Source of the DNA: Octopus sinensis
Taxonomy: Eukaryota
DNA: 64,000 nt
NCBI RefSeq assembly: GCF_006345805.1
Contig: NC_042998.1
Location: forward strand, 109,058,001 to 109,122,000
Reading direction: 5' to 3'
Within the stretch, counting starts at the first letter, position 1. Each line of letters opens with the position of its first letter. A program made the position numbers and the translations under genes. Of this stretch, positions 40,170 through 53,067 are shown piece by piece. Below the pieces are notes generated by a model. It was not told the origin of the DNA. It ran no database searches and saw only the letters and a program-made list of their open reading frames with translations.

Positions 40170-40890
40170 GGAACTATTATTGCTATTTATCATGAAACTT
40201 ATTATATAGGTAAAGTAACTTATGTCTGCATTTTATTTTGCGCTCTTCACCAGTATTAAGTAAATTATCATACTTATAAAATAAAATTTCTTTAACTCAT
40301 TAGAGCATAAATAACAACAATTAGCTCCTATAGTATATGATTAGTTTTACAAATTATTTCCCAAATTAAACTATAATTAATATTAGTGATTAAGACTCCA
40401 AATGTACTTACTAAGTCCGGTTGAGTTGATTAAGTTTTTATTTTTAAAAGAATTCATATGTTGTGCGATTCTTAGTTTTATTTTGAGGAAGTAGAACCTA
40501 TATAACCGTTTTGGGTAATTATTATTCTAAAGTTATTATCATGTAATGTAACTATACATTTATACACTACATCGTTAATATCACAATTATTATTTAATAT
40601 ACAATTAGATTTATCTCTACATGTACAATTAATATAAGTCTTATCATTATTAATATTATATCAAATAATTTCTTTTTATAAAAATTATTCAGTTTATATT
40701 TATTAAATGAAGAAATAATGTTACCAACATTATTAGTGGTAGAATAACCAACTCCAAAATTATTAAAAGAGAAAATGTTTCTATATTTACGATATCTCTA
40801 ATAAATAGTTCTATAACATCTAAAATTCTTTAATAATATTCGTTTTTACTTGATCTCCATAAGGCACTATTAACCATATTTTATTCTTAA
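40170..40890 (-). mobile_element. 5'-truncated, decayed PLE fragment (post-RT region + GIY-YIG), a second PLE family
   Basis: Minus-strand translation with shifts: KIWLIVPYGDQVKTNII..., CTCRDKSNC...VVYKC...YIGSTSS..LRIAQHMNSFKNK...STGLSKYIWSL...WEII...CCYLC...KCRH. This is the typical PLE C-terminus (WF.PP...VKTNIG; CNC....CPL; YIG; S.Y.W; C.LC; KCRH). Confidence 0.85.
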
Positions 40891-41296
40891 TAACCTTATT
40901 ATTATTATCATTATTATAAAATATTTATAATCTTTATTTTATTAAAATTATTATCAAAATTATATCTATGTACAGCATTAAGGAATTATTAATATTATAA
41001 TTTTATCAATATAATTATTATAATAATTATTAATTTATTTATTTTATTATTTTATTATATTATTATTATTATTATATTTATTATTATTATTATTATTCTT
41101 ATTTATATTTTTATCATTTTTATATTTTTTTTTATATATGTAGTATATATGTATATATGTATATATATATATATGTATATATATATCTTATATATATATA
41201 ATATATATATATATATGTATTTATATATATGTATATATGTAATATATATATATACGTATATATGCATATGTATGATTATGTATGTATATGATTATG

Positions 41297-41353
<57 letters not shown>

Positions 41354-41504
41354 ATATGTATGTATGTAATGGTAAGTTAGTAAATTGGCCTTACAATACT
41401 TCAGTTGCATTTCTGTAGAATTTGTTGAATTCACCTAGAATACAAGGTAATAGTCCTGAACAAGTTTCTGTCACTCACAAACACACATGTATATATATAT
41501 ATAT

Positions 41505-42143
41505 ATCGGCATCATCATCATCGGCATCATCATCATCGCCACCATCATCACCACCATCTTCTCCTTCTCCTCTCCTTCTTCTTCTCTTCTTTCATCATCA
41601 TCGTTATCATCATCATCGTCGTCATAATCATCACCACCATCACCATCATCGTCATCTTCTCCTTCTCTTTCTCCTTCTTCTTCTTCTTCTTCTTCTCTCC
41701 ACCCCCTACCCCTTAAGTTTGTCACTAATGTTTTTTAGTATAACACCTACGCTAATTCTATAAACAAGCCTGTCAATATAAATATTCTCCTGAATTGAAC
41801 TGAGACTGCCAGCCGCCACTGACCATTCAAAATACGACCATCAGGGCACTCCCAGATTCTCCCACCCCCTTTCCTCACCAGCCTTCCCTCTACTACCCTA
41901 CCAAGAACTCACAACTACCTCGAACACACAAGTGCAAACAAGGGAGTCAGAGAAAGGCAGAATGCCACTTAAATCTGAACACTACTAGAAATATTCTTTT
42001 AAAAAAACTTTTCTTCTAATTTTTCTAAATTTAATTATTTAATCGTTACAGTTGAAAAGGTCTCAAAATGACCGAAACCGAAAGTACTGAAATGTTCACT
42101 ATAAAATTATTTTAGCATTTTCTATTTTTTACTGTTTTTTCAT
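41505..42143 (+). repeat. 5' pseudo-LTR of the PLE
   Basis: Near-identical to 45912-46546: (CAT/CTT)n block, ccccttaagtttgtcactaatg..., ending ttttagcattttctatttttt. Confidence 0.93.
42046..42092 (+). ncRNA. Minimal type-I hammerhead ribozyme motif, U3-A8 core variant, 5' pLTR copy
   Basis: TTACAG-TTGAAAA-GGTC tcaaaat GACC-GAAA-CCGAAAG-TA-CTGAAA. Stem I CAG/CTG (plus AA/TT after one mismatch), stem II GGTC/GACC, predicted GUA cleavage triplet. It has 3 extra A in stem III relative to the 3' copy. Confidence 0.72.
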
Positions 42144-42208
42144 ATATATCAACTCGTGTGTTCCTTTTCACCCTTATACATATCATTAACCCACACGAGA
42201 TACAGAAA

Positions 42209-45200
42209 ATGCCGACAAAAACAGACACAATCACCTCCATAAACGAAGAAATACTGAAAGAACTCAAGAAAATCAACACAAATTTGTCAACTTTTTTGAA
42301 CAAATTCGACTCGACACTTCAACCCAATCGAGAGAACAATGAAGAAGAAACAGATACGAAAAATACAACCTCCGAAATTGTCGAAAACCTTGGAAACTTA
42401 TGCGAAACAATTAGAACATTTTTCTCTAACAACGCTAACCAAGGACCTCCAAACGAGTCAATATATGGGATCAATACTCTAACAACATACCAAATGAAAC
42501 ACCACATAATACCACAATGGAACAAATCACTCAGAGATAGAAAGTTCGCCTTTTGGAAGATGATCCAAAACAACAACAAAGCGGATATATACGAAAAATG
42601 GCTCAACCGGACCCCGTTAATCCTCCCACGTAAATTCCAGTTCAAAGCTATTACAGAAGAACCTGAAACACAAAGACACCTCAGGGAGAGAATGGCACTG
42701 GAAAAAATGAAAATGGAAATAGAACTTCTGAAATTGAGGGCCCAAACGAATGAGGATAAAATAAAATCCACCGATGAAGATATCAACGAAGAAATTCGCA
42801 AAATGACCCAAGGCCCAGATCAAGAGAAGTTCTCCAAACTATGGAAAGAGGACTGTGAAAAAGAAGAACTAAAATCTCTCCAACGCTGGGAGAAAAGCGC
42901 CACTTGGTTCTCAGACTATGAAGCCGTCTTTCAAACAGAGCACGCCTCCAACAACCCTTTCCAGAAAATAAGAAAACAAAAAACACACCCAAACACCGAT
43001 ACACACCTGTCTAAAAATCGGAACCTTCACTACTATCAAAAAAAGAATACAGGACCTAACCCTAACTCTGTAAGCAGCCAGCGATACAATATCAGGAATA
43101 CCCCCACTTCAAGCAGAGAAAGGATAAATCAACACCCACAGCATAGACACTGCAACCTCATCCCCACCCAAAGGAGTTACCAACGAAATCTTCGTCCCAT
43201 TAACCGGTTAAACAACCATGCACAACAAACCCACACCACTTGCAATGATTACCAACGAAGGCCTCCTAGAACACCACACCCGAATATGGGATATCGGGAT
43301 GCTCTCCTCAATACTGCTCCAAGAACACACACCATAAATCACAACAGGAGACCCCTAATCAACAAAGAACAACTATATACTAGCTACCGTCCCAACCACC
43401 GCATTCATTTTTTAGACCCAATACGCAAACACAGAGACACAAGATAGCACCAAACAAGCAGGAGGAACCAAAAGTAATAAAAATTAAATCTAACTCACAA
43501 GGAACTAACAGCAAACCAAATAAACATACTTTCCAAAGGACTCAAGTTTACACCCACCCCACAACACCCCAACTACAATGAAATGAAAGAAGACATCGCA
43601 GAATTCTGCAGAAAATTAAGACTTACTGAGGAGCTATACGATAAATACAACGAGGACGAATCGTTAGCCAGAAATAGGAGTAACTACACCCCCTCGAAAG
43701 GTAAGAATAAAACACTTGATGATTTCTGTGACCACATATCAAATTACCCATATCAACATATGCACAAACAAAAACACAAACCAAACTTCAGCAAAAAAGA
43801 ATGGGCTGAGTTGAACAAATTAAAACTAGATAAAACAATAACAATCAAAGAGGCCGATAAAGGGAGTGCTGTTGTCTTAATGGATACGACATTTACATAA
43901 CTTTGGTACTTTCTATGCTGGAAGACACAACATACTATGAAAAGGCACAAAACTACAGTCAACAAAAAATAATGAGGGAACTAAAATCCATATTAAACCC
44001 ATACAAAGCAGGGCTAACCGACAAAGAATATGATTATATGACCAATTTCACAAGTAAAACTAGCCAATTCTACGGTATACCTAAGATCCACAAAAGTGAA
44101 AAAATAAGCAACGCATGCAAGATAGCTACAGACAAAATAATTAAAGTCCCTAATCCTAATGACCTCAAATTGAGACCCATAATAGCAGGTCCCGCATGCG
44201 AAACCCACCGCCTCAGTAACTTTTTAGACACCCTGTTAAAACCACTCCTCAAACATGTCAAAAGCTATATAAGGGACGACTTAGATATGCTCAATCACCT
44301 ACCGAATACTATAAACAAAAACACCATACTGGTATCCTTCGATGTAGTCAACCTCTACTCCAATATCCCCCACAACCTAGGACTAGAGGCAATCCAATTC
44401 TGGCTAGAGAATCACGCCAACGAACTACCACACCGCATCAAAAAAGAATTTGTGATAGAAGGGGTTAAATTCATCCTGGAAAATAACTTCTTCGCCTTCA
44501 ATGACAACTTCTACCGACAAAAATCGGGGACTGCGATGGGTACACGAATGGCCCCCTCCTTTGCCAACCTAGTCATAGGATACCTAGAGATCAGTCTGTA
44601 TCGTAAGGTTCTAGAAAGATATGGCAGCCCTTTCTCCATCTACATAGAAAACAACTGGAAGAGATATCTAGATGACTGTTTCATCCTTTGGCATAAAAAT
44701 ATAGAAAAACTCATAGAATTCCAGAAAATTTTAACGGACTGGACGTAAACATCCAATTCACGATGGAATATAGCCAACAACAACTCCCCTTCCTCGATAT
44801 CCTCATTAAGAAAGCTAATAATATAATAGAAACAGACATATACTATAAGCCTACAGACTCTAAGCAATATCTTCCATTCAATTCATGCCACCCCAGACAC
44901 ACCAGGATGAATATCCCCTTCAATCTAGCAAAAAGGATATGCACTATAGTCTCTAACGCAAACACCAGAGACACACGACTACAAGAACTAAAAGATACCC
45001 TAATCACCAGGAACTATCCACCTTCACTTATTGACAAATGCATTCAACGTGCCCTTCAACTTAACATCAAGGAACTGAGACATCCCAAATCAAAGAAAAA
45101 CTTACAACCAAAAGCCTTACCATACATCTCCACACACAACCCTCTCAATAACGAAGCCTTCGACACCATCCTCCACAACATACCCCTCCTAAAAAAAGAC

Positions 45201-45734
45201 CACAGAATGAACACAATCCTCCAAACACACACGATCATAAAAAGCAAAAGACAGCCTAGATCCATGAAAAGTCTCCTTACACAAGCCCGAATTCACTCTT
45301 CAACACAGAAGCCGACAGTAAAAAAATGTGGAAGACCCATTGCGGGATATGCGACTATCTAATCGAGGGTTCTGAGTTCTCCTTCAAACAGGGACAACGT
45401 TTTACAGTGAAAAGCAACTTCACATGTGCTTCGGAGAACCTAATATACTCACTAACCTGCTCCGGGTGTCAAGAGCAGTACATAGGCCAAACAAAAAATG
45501 GTTTGCGTAAACGAATGGCCCTGCACAGATCCCAGATAAAAATTCCCCAAAACAAACAAAAATAGCTTTTAGCCAACACATAGATACTTGCGCCAACAAA
45601 AAAACACCAAACTTCAGAATTTCCCCCTCTACCAATTTAGGGACGATACAACCTCGAGACAACGAATAAGTAAAGAAAATCTCTTTATTACAAAATACAA
45701 GCCACTTCTTAACGGGTCTACGACAAACAATTAA
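42209..45734 (+). pseudogene. PLE ORF (N-terminal extension, RT, thumb, Zn-knuckle, GIY-YIG), about 1170 aa when rejoined; about 7 frameshifts as assembled
   Basis: ATG at 42209 (MPTKTDT). Track ORFs 42158-43447, 43583-43900, 43903-44748, 44763-45362 and 45326-45565 join by small shifts near 43440, 43485, 43893, 44733, 45338, 45560 and 45620. The last segment reads ...KENLFITKYKPLLNGSTTNN* with TAA at 45732-45734. Confidence 0.88.
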
Positions 45735-45911
45735 TATACCTCAACTTTAGAATAAAAGAAAAAAATATATATATACACACACAATATACACTCCATAGAA
45801 TCCATTACTAATCAGCCCCTTCATAGCTATATTACACCCATTCATATTCTCCCTTCTCTGTTTTTTTCTTCTTCTTCTCTCTTCTTCTTCATCATCATCG
45901 TTATCATCATC

Positions 45912-46546
45912 ATCGGCATCATCATCATCGCCACCATCATCACCACCATCTTCTCCTTCTCCTCCTTTTCTTCTTCTTCTTCTTCATCATCATCGTTATC
46001 ATCATCATCGTCGTCATAATCATCACCACCATCACCATCATCGTCATCTTCTCCTTCTCCTTCTCCTTCTTCTTCTTCTTCTTCTTCTTCTCTCTTCTTC
46101 TTCTCACCCCTACCCCTTAAGTTTGTCACTAATGTTTTTTAGTATAACACCTACGCTAATTCTATAAACAAGCCTGTCAATATAAATATTCTCCTGAATT
46201 GAACTGAGACTGCCAGCCGCCACTGACCATTCAAAATACGACCATCAGGGCACTCCCAGATTCTCCCACCCCCTTTCCTCACCAGCCTTCCCTCTACTAC
46301 CCTACCAAGAACTCACAACTACCTCGAACACACAAGTGCAAACAAGGGAGTCAGAGAAAGGCAGAATGCCACTTAAATCTGAACACTACTATAGAAATAT
46401 TCTTTTAAAAAAACTTTTCTTCTAATTTTTCTAAATTTAATATTTAATCGTTACAGTTGAAAAGGTCTCAAAATGACCGAAACCGGTACTGAAATGTTCA
46501 CTATAAAATTATTTTAGCATTTTCTATTTTTTACTTGTTTTTTCAT
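45912..46546 (+). repeat. 3' pseudo-LTR / 3' UTR of the PLE
   Basis: Direct repeat of 41505-42143, followed by (TA)n. Confidence 0.93.
46451..46494 (+). ncRNA. Minimal type-I hammerhead ribozyme motif, U3-A8 core variant, 3' pLTR copy
   Basis: TTACAG-TTGAAAA-GGTC tcaaaat GACC-GAAA-CCGG-TA-CTGAAA. Palindromic stem III (ACCGGT) as in dimer-type PLE hammerheads; GUA triplet. Confidence 0.8.
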
Positions 46547-47039
46547 TATATATATATATAATATATATATAATATAATATATATATATATATAATATAAT
46601 TATATATATAATAATATATATATAGATATCTAGATATAGATATACGTGTATGGTATGTATGTAAATATATAAGATGTATTTATATGCGATGAGTGTGTGT
46701 GTATGGAGAGAGAGCGGTGAAACATATTCACAATTTGCAGTAGTGTTATACAATGAAACTACATTTTGTGAAAATGGTTAAAATGTAATTGACATAAGAT
46801 TATAGATATCAAAGTATCGGTTCTGTAGGTATCAGGTGAATAGACTTAAAAGCTTAGCTCTGTCACCTGCTGAACTCTCCAAAACTGTAACAAGACAATT
46901 TCTGTAAGATTCTCTTTTCATTGAATGAAGAAATGTACTTTCTTCTCAGGTATTGAGTACCTTACATTAGTTCAGGTTCATTCCGTTTCTAAGAATCGAA
47001 AACTGCAAATATGTGTGTGACTGTGTGTATGTATGTTAA

Positions 47040-47096
<57 letters not shown>

Positions 47097-47495
47097 GTGT
47101 GTGCGTGTATGTGTGCGCGTGTGTGTGTGTTTGTGTGTGTATGTGCGTGTGATGGTTGTTTACTGCTTGTAATGATTTTATGAAATTAAACAAGAGAGCA
47201 GCCTCTTGTTTATAGAATTCAGAAAACAAATTACTCACCGAAGCGTGCCTGTATCTGCCAAATTGATTATAAATTACCAGCTGACCCTGTGCCGTCAAAA
47301 GTGACGGCTAATTATAATGTTGTATATATAAATAAGCTATTAAATAAAGTACATAATAATCAGAGATACAAACATTCACATACTTCCCTTGTACATGCAC
47401 ACACATACACACATATACTCACACAGAGTTGAAATTCTGTATGATTTTTCATTTCAACGTTGAACGTTCGCTATCCCATTTCCATTGCACACACA

Positions 47496-47549
<54 letters not shown>

Positions 47550-47818
47550 CATTCACATACCTCCCTTTTACATACACGCACATATATTCATACAGAGTTG
47601 AAACGCTGATTTTTTTCACTTCTTCTTTCCTTATTCATCTATCACCCCCTCCTTTCTCCATTGCTATTACTTACTCTCACTCTCTCTCTCTCAGTCAGGG
47701 CTATTACTCTCACTACTTCTCCTTTACTGAATTACTATTTTCTCTCCTCTCCTTCACTTGTATTACTCTTTCTCCTACTCCGTCGTACTCCTACTATGTG
47801 ATTTTGGACATATATATA

Positions 47819-47891
<73 letters not shown>

Positions 47892-47909
47892 TATATTTAT
47901 TTATATATA

Positions 47910-49760
47910 AAACTTAGAACTTAGGTAAAACTTAGATATGTTTCGACCAAAGATTGGTCCAGGCCATGTCTAACTTAATAGCACCACCTGATAGGATTAT
48001 TCGAATCCTGTTTAAGTCAAGTTTTGTTTATGGTCCATTCAAGTAGTGAGTTCTTGTTGGGTGTGTTGTATCCAATTATGGGTGGCTTATCTGGTATTCT
48101 TTAAAGGAATCTATCCAAACTCCGTTTAAAGTTGATGGGATCCTTTTCCTCTTTGATCTCCCTCGGGACAATGTTAAATAGGGCAGGGCCTGTTGAGGAA
48201 AAGAAATTATGTTGCAGTGTACATGTATGCTGTGATCTTGAATTGGGCAGGGGACGTATGGCCCGTGGTCCCAGTCTTAGATGAACCTTGAAGCTAATGT
48301 TAAGGTCGTTTGGGCAAAGTTGGCGGTATATTCTCCACATCGTACAAATGATGTACCGCTCACGGCGACGCTGGAGAGAGTAAAGTTTCAAGGCTTTAAG
48401 GCGATCCCAATAATCGAGAGCAGCCATGCCTTCAATTCGTTTAGTGAGTGCCCTCTGGGGTTACTCAATCCTGGAGATGTTTTGTCTTGTGTGGGGAGAC
48501 GACAGTGGGCAGCAATATTCAAGGTGTGGCCGTACAAAGGAGAAGAAAAGTGGTATGATGACACCTTGTTCTCTGGACCGGATAGTTCTTAAGATCCAGG
48601 AACTCATCCTACGGGCTATATCGACCTTCTTGTTGATGTGTGCACTCCAACTGAGATCGTCATCAACAATTACACCCAGGTCACTGATATTGTTAGAGGT
48701 TGTGAGTGGTTCCCCTGAAGGAAGAGAGTATGGCTGTTTTAGTGAGGAATTTCTTCCAAAATGCATCAGCTCAAAATTTCCCTCATTCAGTTGCATTTTG
48801 TTTCTGTCTGCCCATTGACTCACAGCATATAGATCAGACTGGAGTTCAGCTCGGTCTGCTTCTTCATTGACGATTTGCTGGAGCTTAGTGTCATCAGCAA
48901 ATATTTTCACTTTGCAGTAATGTACGACACTGGAAAGGTCGTTTACATAAATTATGAAGAGTAGTGGACCCAAGACAGTCCCCTGGGGAACACCGCTGGT
49001 GACTTTTGCTGGGCTTGAGTGGACTCAATCAACTACAACATGTTGTGTCCTATTCGCCAGGAAATATTTAATCCAGTGTAGAACTTTTCCACGGATTCCA
49101 ACATTTGCCAATTTTGAGAGTAGAATATTATGGTCTACCCTGTCGAACGCTTTACTGAAGTCAAGATATATGACGTCAGAGTTCGAACCTGTTCCCAAGG
49201 CTTTGAGTACATCTTCAATGTGGTGTAAGAGCTGTGTTAGACAGTCCCTGCCACAGCGAAAGCCATGCTGATTTGCATTTAGGAGTGTGTGGGTCTCCAG
49301 GGAGTCAGCTATCCTTGATCTTAACACTCTTTCAAACACTTTAATGATGTGGAAGGTGAATGAGATTGGGCGATAGTTGACTGCGAGGGATCTGTTTCCC
49401 TGTTTGAAAACCGGGATGACCGACTGGGATAGAAACTGTTTCAGTATATAACCTGCGTCTAACGAATTTCTCCAGAGGTTGGTCAGAGGGACTGCAAGTT
49501 GGTGTCTACATTCCTTCAGGAGACTAGCGGGGAATCTATCAGGCCCTACAGCAGAGTAGTATTTGACCTCATTTATTGCTGCTACGATGTCAGTGGCAGT
49601 GAAGGTTATGTCTGAGATTTTATGTTGGGAGTCAACTTCGTTCGCTTCTCTTACGTCAATATCAGTGGGAACACTAAAGACAGAGCAGTATTTTTTTCTG
49701 CAGTATTTCTGCCATTTCTTTAGCATCGTGTTGGGGAATGCCGTTATCATCAATCAATAG
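47910..49760 (-). mobile_element. 5'-truncated CR1-group LINE (RT domain to 3' end)
   Basis: NYRPISFT, QHGFR.GRDC, YLDFSKAFDRVDH, GVPQGTVLGPLLFIIYVNDL, FADDTKL, RPHLEYC and LYSLQRRRERY lie in one frame with in-frame stops at 49025, 48461 and 48101. The 3' tail is short CTAAGTT repeats near 47910-47936. Confidence 0.93.
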
Positions 49761-49781
49761 CCCGATGGGTGAGACAGTGGT

Positions 49782-49813
<32 letters not shown>

Positions 49814-50119
49814 TATATATATATATATTTGATAATATTTATATACATAATTATTACAAGGGATTAGCTATAAGCCTCTCCACGCGCCAGAAAAAGAGGC
49901 TTATAGCCAATCCTTTGTTATAATTATGTATATGATAATCAAAATATTTGTAAAATTTACCAATAAATTGGTCCTACATTATTATTCATGGTTTCGGTTA
50001 TAAATATAAAACTCTAAGAACTTTAAAAGATCTTATTAAAGTGCCATTACACTTATAGCCTGCCTTTTATGAACTAATTTATAGCTGTGGTGAAAATGAA
50101 ACATTTACTATTTTGCAGA

Positions 50120-50405
50120 GTATGAGGAAACACATGCGCACTTCTGTGCTATAGTATCATACTTCGGTCGAGGACAATAGTAGTGGGATAAAGTATAGTA
50201 CTATTGCATTGCGCTCTCCTGTATAGTTTTATACTATTTTATTGTGAAGTAGTATAGTCAGCGTATGAGGATATACATGCGCACTTCTGTGCTATAGTAT
50301 CATACTTCGGTAGAGAACAATAGTCGTGGGATAAACTATAGTACTATCGTATTGCATTCTCCTGTAGACTTTATACTATGATATTGTGAAGAAGTACAGT
50401 ATAAC
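50120..50405 (+). repeat. Diverged 143-bp tandem dimer
   Basis: gtatgagga.a.acatgcgcacttctgtgctatagtatcatacttcggt at 50120 and 50263. Confidence 0.9.
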
Positions 50406-50746
50406 CATATGATATTGTGCTATATGATATAGTGCTATGGTATTCTACAATAGTCTAATCGTTCGGTGTAGTGCTAGAATAGTGACCCCCACCCAAAAAA
50501 AAACAGGCCGATAAAAACTAGAACATATAAATATTTCCATATGAAAATTAATGATGGAGAAATGATAAATGTTTTCATTTTATAATAACTATATTAAACA
50601 TCTCTAGCAGTATATACAACACCACACACACACACACACATGCATGTACGTATGTATATGTACACATATATCTGTGTGTGTGAGTGTGTGTACCTGTATC
50701 GTTAGAGATGTGAAAGATTGTACGTATACACACACACACACATGCG

Positions 50747-50840
<94 letters not shown>

Positions 50841-50913
50841 ATTCCAGAAGCGATGAATTGCTGGACCCATACAAATGTAGATTATTCTTTAATACATTAT
50901 AACTGAAAGGCTA

Positions 50914-50914
<1 letters not shown>

Positions 50915-50956
<42 letters not shown>

Positions 50957-51002
50957 ATAATAATTATTATTATTATTATTATTATTACTATTATTATTAT
51001 TA

Positions 51003-51034
<32 letters not shown>

Positions 51035-51057
51035 TATTATTATTATTATCATCATCA

Positions 51058-51118
<61 letters not shown>

Positions 51119-51132
51119 CATCATCATCATCA

Positions 51133-51191
<59 letters not shown>

Positions 51192-51200
51192 TATTATTAT
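50915..51200. repeat. (TA)n followed by (ATT/ATC)n microsatellite
   Basis: Read directly from the sequence. Confidence 0.95.
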
Positions 51201-51544
51201 GCATGCGTGTATGTGCGTAAAACGTGAAAGTAAATGCATAGTACTATAAATGCATTTATAACGAGTATAAATAGATCCAGAAACTAGAGAAGGCAGAAAG
51301 GAAGAGTTGCATTCAAAGCAGTCTTTTATTTGAAAACATCCATTAACTATGGCATATATTAATGCACATATGAAGTTGTTTCATCAAAAGAAATAGACTT
51401 TACATATATTCATAACATCGATGTTACTTTAAAACACAATTATAAATTGACTACTTTGTTAACATTTTCTAAAATTGTTCAACACATATATCACGACTAT
51501 GTCAAGAAAAGATATTAGCAATAAAGTACACTATTATGCATGCG

Positions 51545-51603
51545 CCAATATATATATATATATATATATGTATGTATATATGTATATATATACATGTATA
51601 TCT

Positions 51604-51636
<33 letters not shown>

Positions 51637-51850
51637 CATATATGTACATATATATGCATATATATGCATACATATATGTATATATATATGTATATATATA
51701 TGCATGTATATATACATATATATATATATATGCATATATATATATACATATATATGTATCTATTATACAGTTACATATATATACATATAAATATGTGTAT
51801 ATATATTCATATGTATATAAATATATAACATTTATTTATAAATATATGTG
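51545..51850. repeat. Degenerate (TA/TG/CA)n microsatellite
   Basis: Read directly from the sequence. Confidence 0.92.
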
Positions 51851-52033
51851 TGTGTGCCAAGATAGATAGAAATGTAGATAAATAGATAGATAGAGAGAGA
51901 GAGAGAGGAGAGAGAGAGATACATACATACATACATACATTGATGGATAAGTCGATGCAGCTATTCCTGTGTTTGAATGTCTGTATGTGTGTGTGTGTTT
52001 GTATGCATGTATTCATATATATATATATACATA

Positions 52034-53020
52034 TACTAAGCAATAAGGGTTCAGCAACGAATTGCCTTACCACATACCGAATTTAGAAATAGCAGTCAAA
52101 GGGTTATAGCTATTTCTTCTACTAAAAAGGGAGATCTCAGTAAAAACAGCAATTGGAAGGCTGACACAAACAGGTAAGAGAGAATGAATTAACTGCAATC
52201 TATCAAACATTTTTAAAAGTTATCCACGGACGTACGTTTCGAAATCAAGTTTTAGGAAAGCATAAGAATTAAATATTAAATATTAAATAATTCTATCTTA
52301 CCGAAACTTCTTTTCTCTTCAGCGTGGAATACTATAATCATAAATGATTATATATTGAATTTTGAGATACTAGGAGGCACCAACTCAACTCAGTATCAGA
52401 GCGAGCTAGATCCTCAACTAGTATCACCGAATTCAAATTTGTGAATGAAACGATTGTGTCAACAGCCCCTTCCCACCCGCGTGCAGCCAAAACAAGATGC
52501 TGTAGTCATCTACTGAGATAAAATATGGTATCCGTAATGAAGGGTGAAATTAATTAATTTGGAATAATTATCAATTACACCAAGTAGTCTTCGGCATGTA
52601 AAAGCCTCATTGAGGAAAATTTAAGTTACTAAGCATAAGGGTTCAGCAACGAATTGCCTTACCACATACCGAATTAGAAATAGCAGTCAAAGGGTTATAG
52701 CTATTTCTTCTACTAAAAGGGAGATCTCAGTAAAAACAGCAATTGGAATTTAAAAATGTTTGATAGATTGCGGTTAATTCATTCTCTCTTACCTGTTTGT
52801 GTCAGCCTTCCAATTGCTGTTTTTACTGAGATCTCCCTTTTTAGTAGAGAATACTATAACCCTTTGACTGCTATTTCTAATTCGGTATGTGGTAAGGCAA
52901 TTCGTTGCTGAACCCTTATTGCTTAGTATTACTTAAATTTTCCTCAAATGAGGCTTTTACATGCCGAAGACTACTTGGTGTAATTGATAATTATTCCAAT
53001 TAATTAATTTCACCCTTCAT

Positions 53021-53022
<2 letters not shown>
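52034..53022. repeat. Foldback (MITE-like) element with three arms
   Basis: Arms 52535-52748 (+) and 52808-53022 (-) are near-perfect inverted copies. A third copy at 52034-52217 (+) is complementary to 52749-52927. Confidence 0.9.

Positions 53023-53067
<45 letters not shown>

Larger units (their letters stand above)
41505..46546 (+). mobile_element. Near full-length Penelope-like retroelement (RT + C-terminal GIY-YIG, Cys-rich linker; Neptune/Naiad-like group) with direct pseudo-LTRs
   Basis: Direct repeats of about 635-640 bp at 41505-42143 and 45912-46546 enclose a fragmented ORF with PLE motifs SKGLKFTPTP, EADKG, LRPII, SFDVVNLYSNIP, GTAMG, YLDD, LPFLDI, YYKPTD..YL.F.S.HP, CGRP.CGIC and NLIY..TC..C...YIGQT. 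(TA)n tracts flank both ends. Confidence 0.95.

Noticed and set aside
42209-45734. Selenocysteine recoding as reported for some Naiad PLEs
   Set aside because: The Zn-knuckle and GIY-YIG cysteines are TGT/TGC, and the breaks are frameshifts ending in TAG/TAA rather than in-frame TGA.
12002-46494. Idea that the three sense-strand HHRs sharing the ACCGGU palindrome form cross-family dimers in the pre-mRNA
   Set aside because: In a double hammerhead, stem I forms between the 5' strand of one unit and the 3' strand of the other. TATATC, TTACTT and TTACAG are not complementary to the other families' 3' strands.
47925-47975. Hairpin GACCA-atctt-TGGTC followed by GAAA at the CR1 3' end (minus strand)
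   Set aside because: There is no CUGANGA-like core or stem I; it is more likely the ordinary 3' stem-loop of the LINE.
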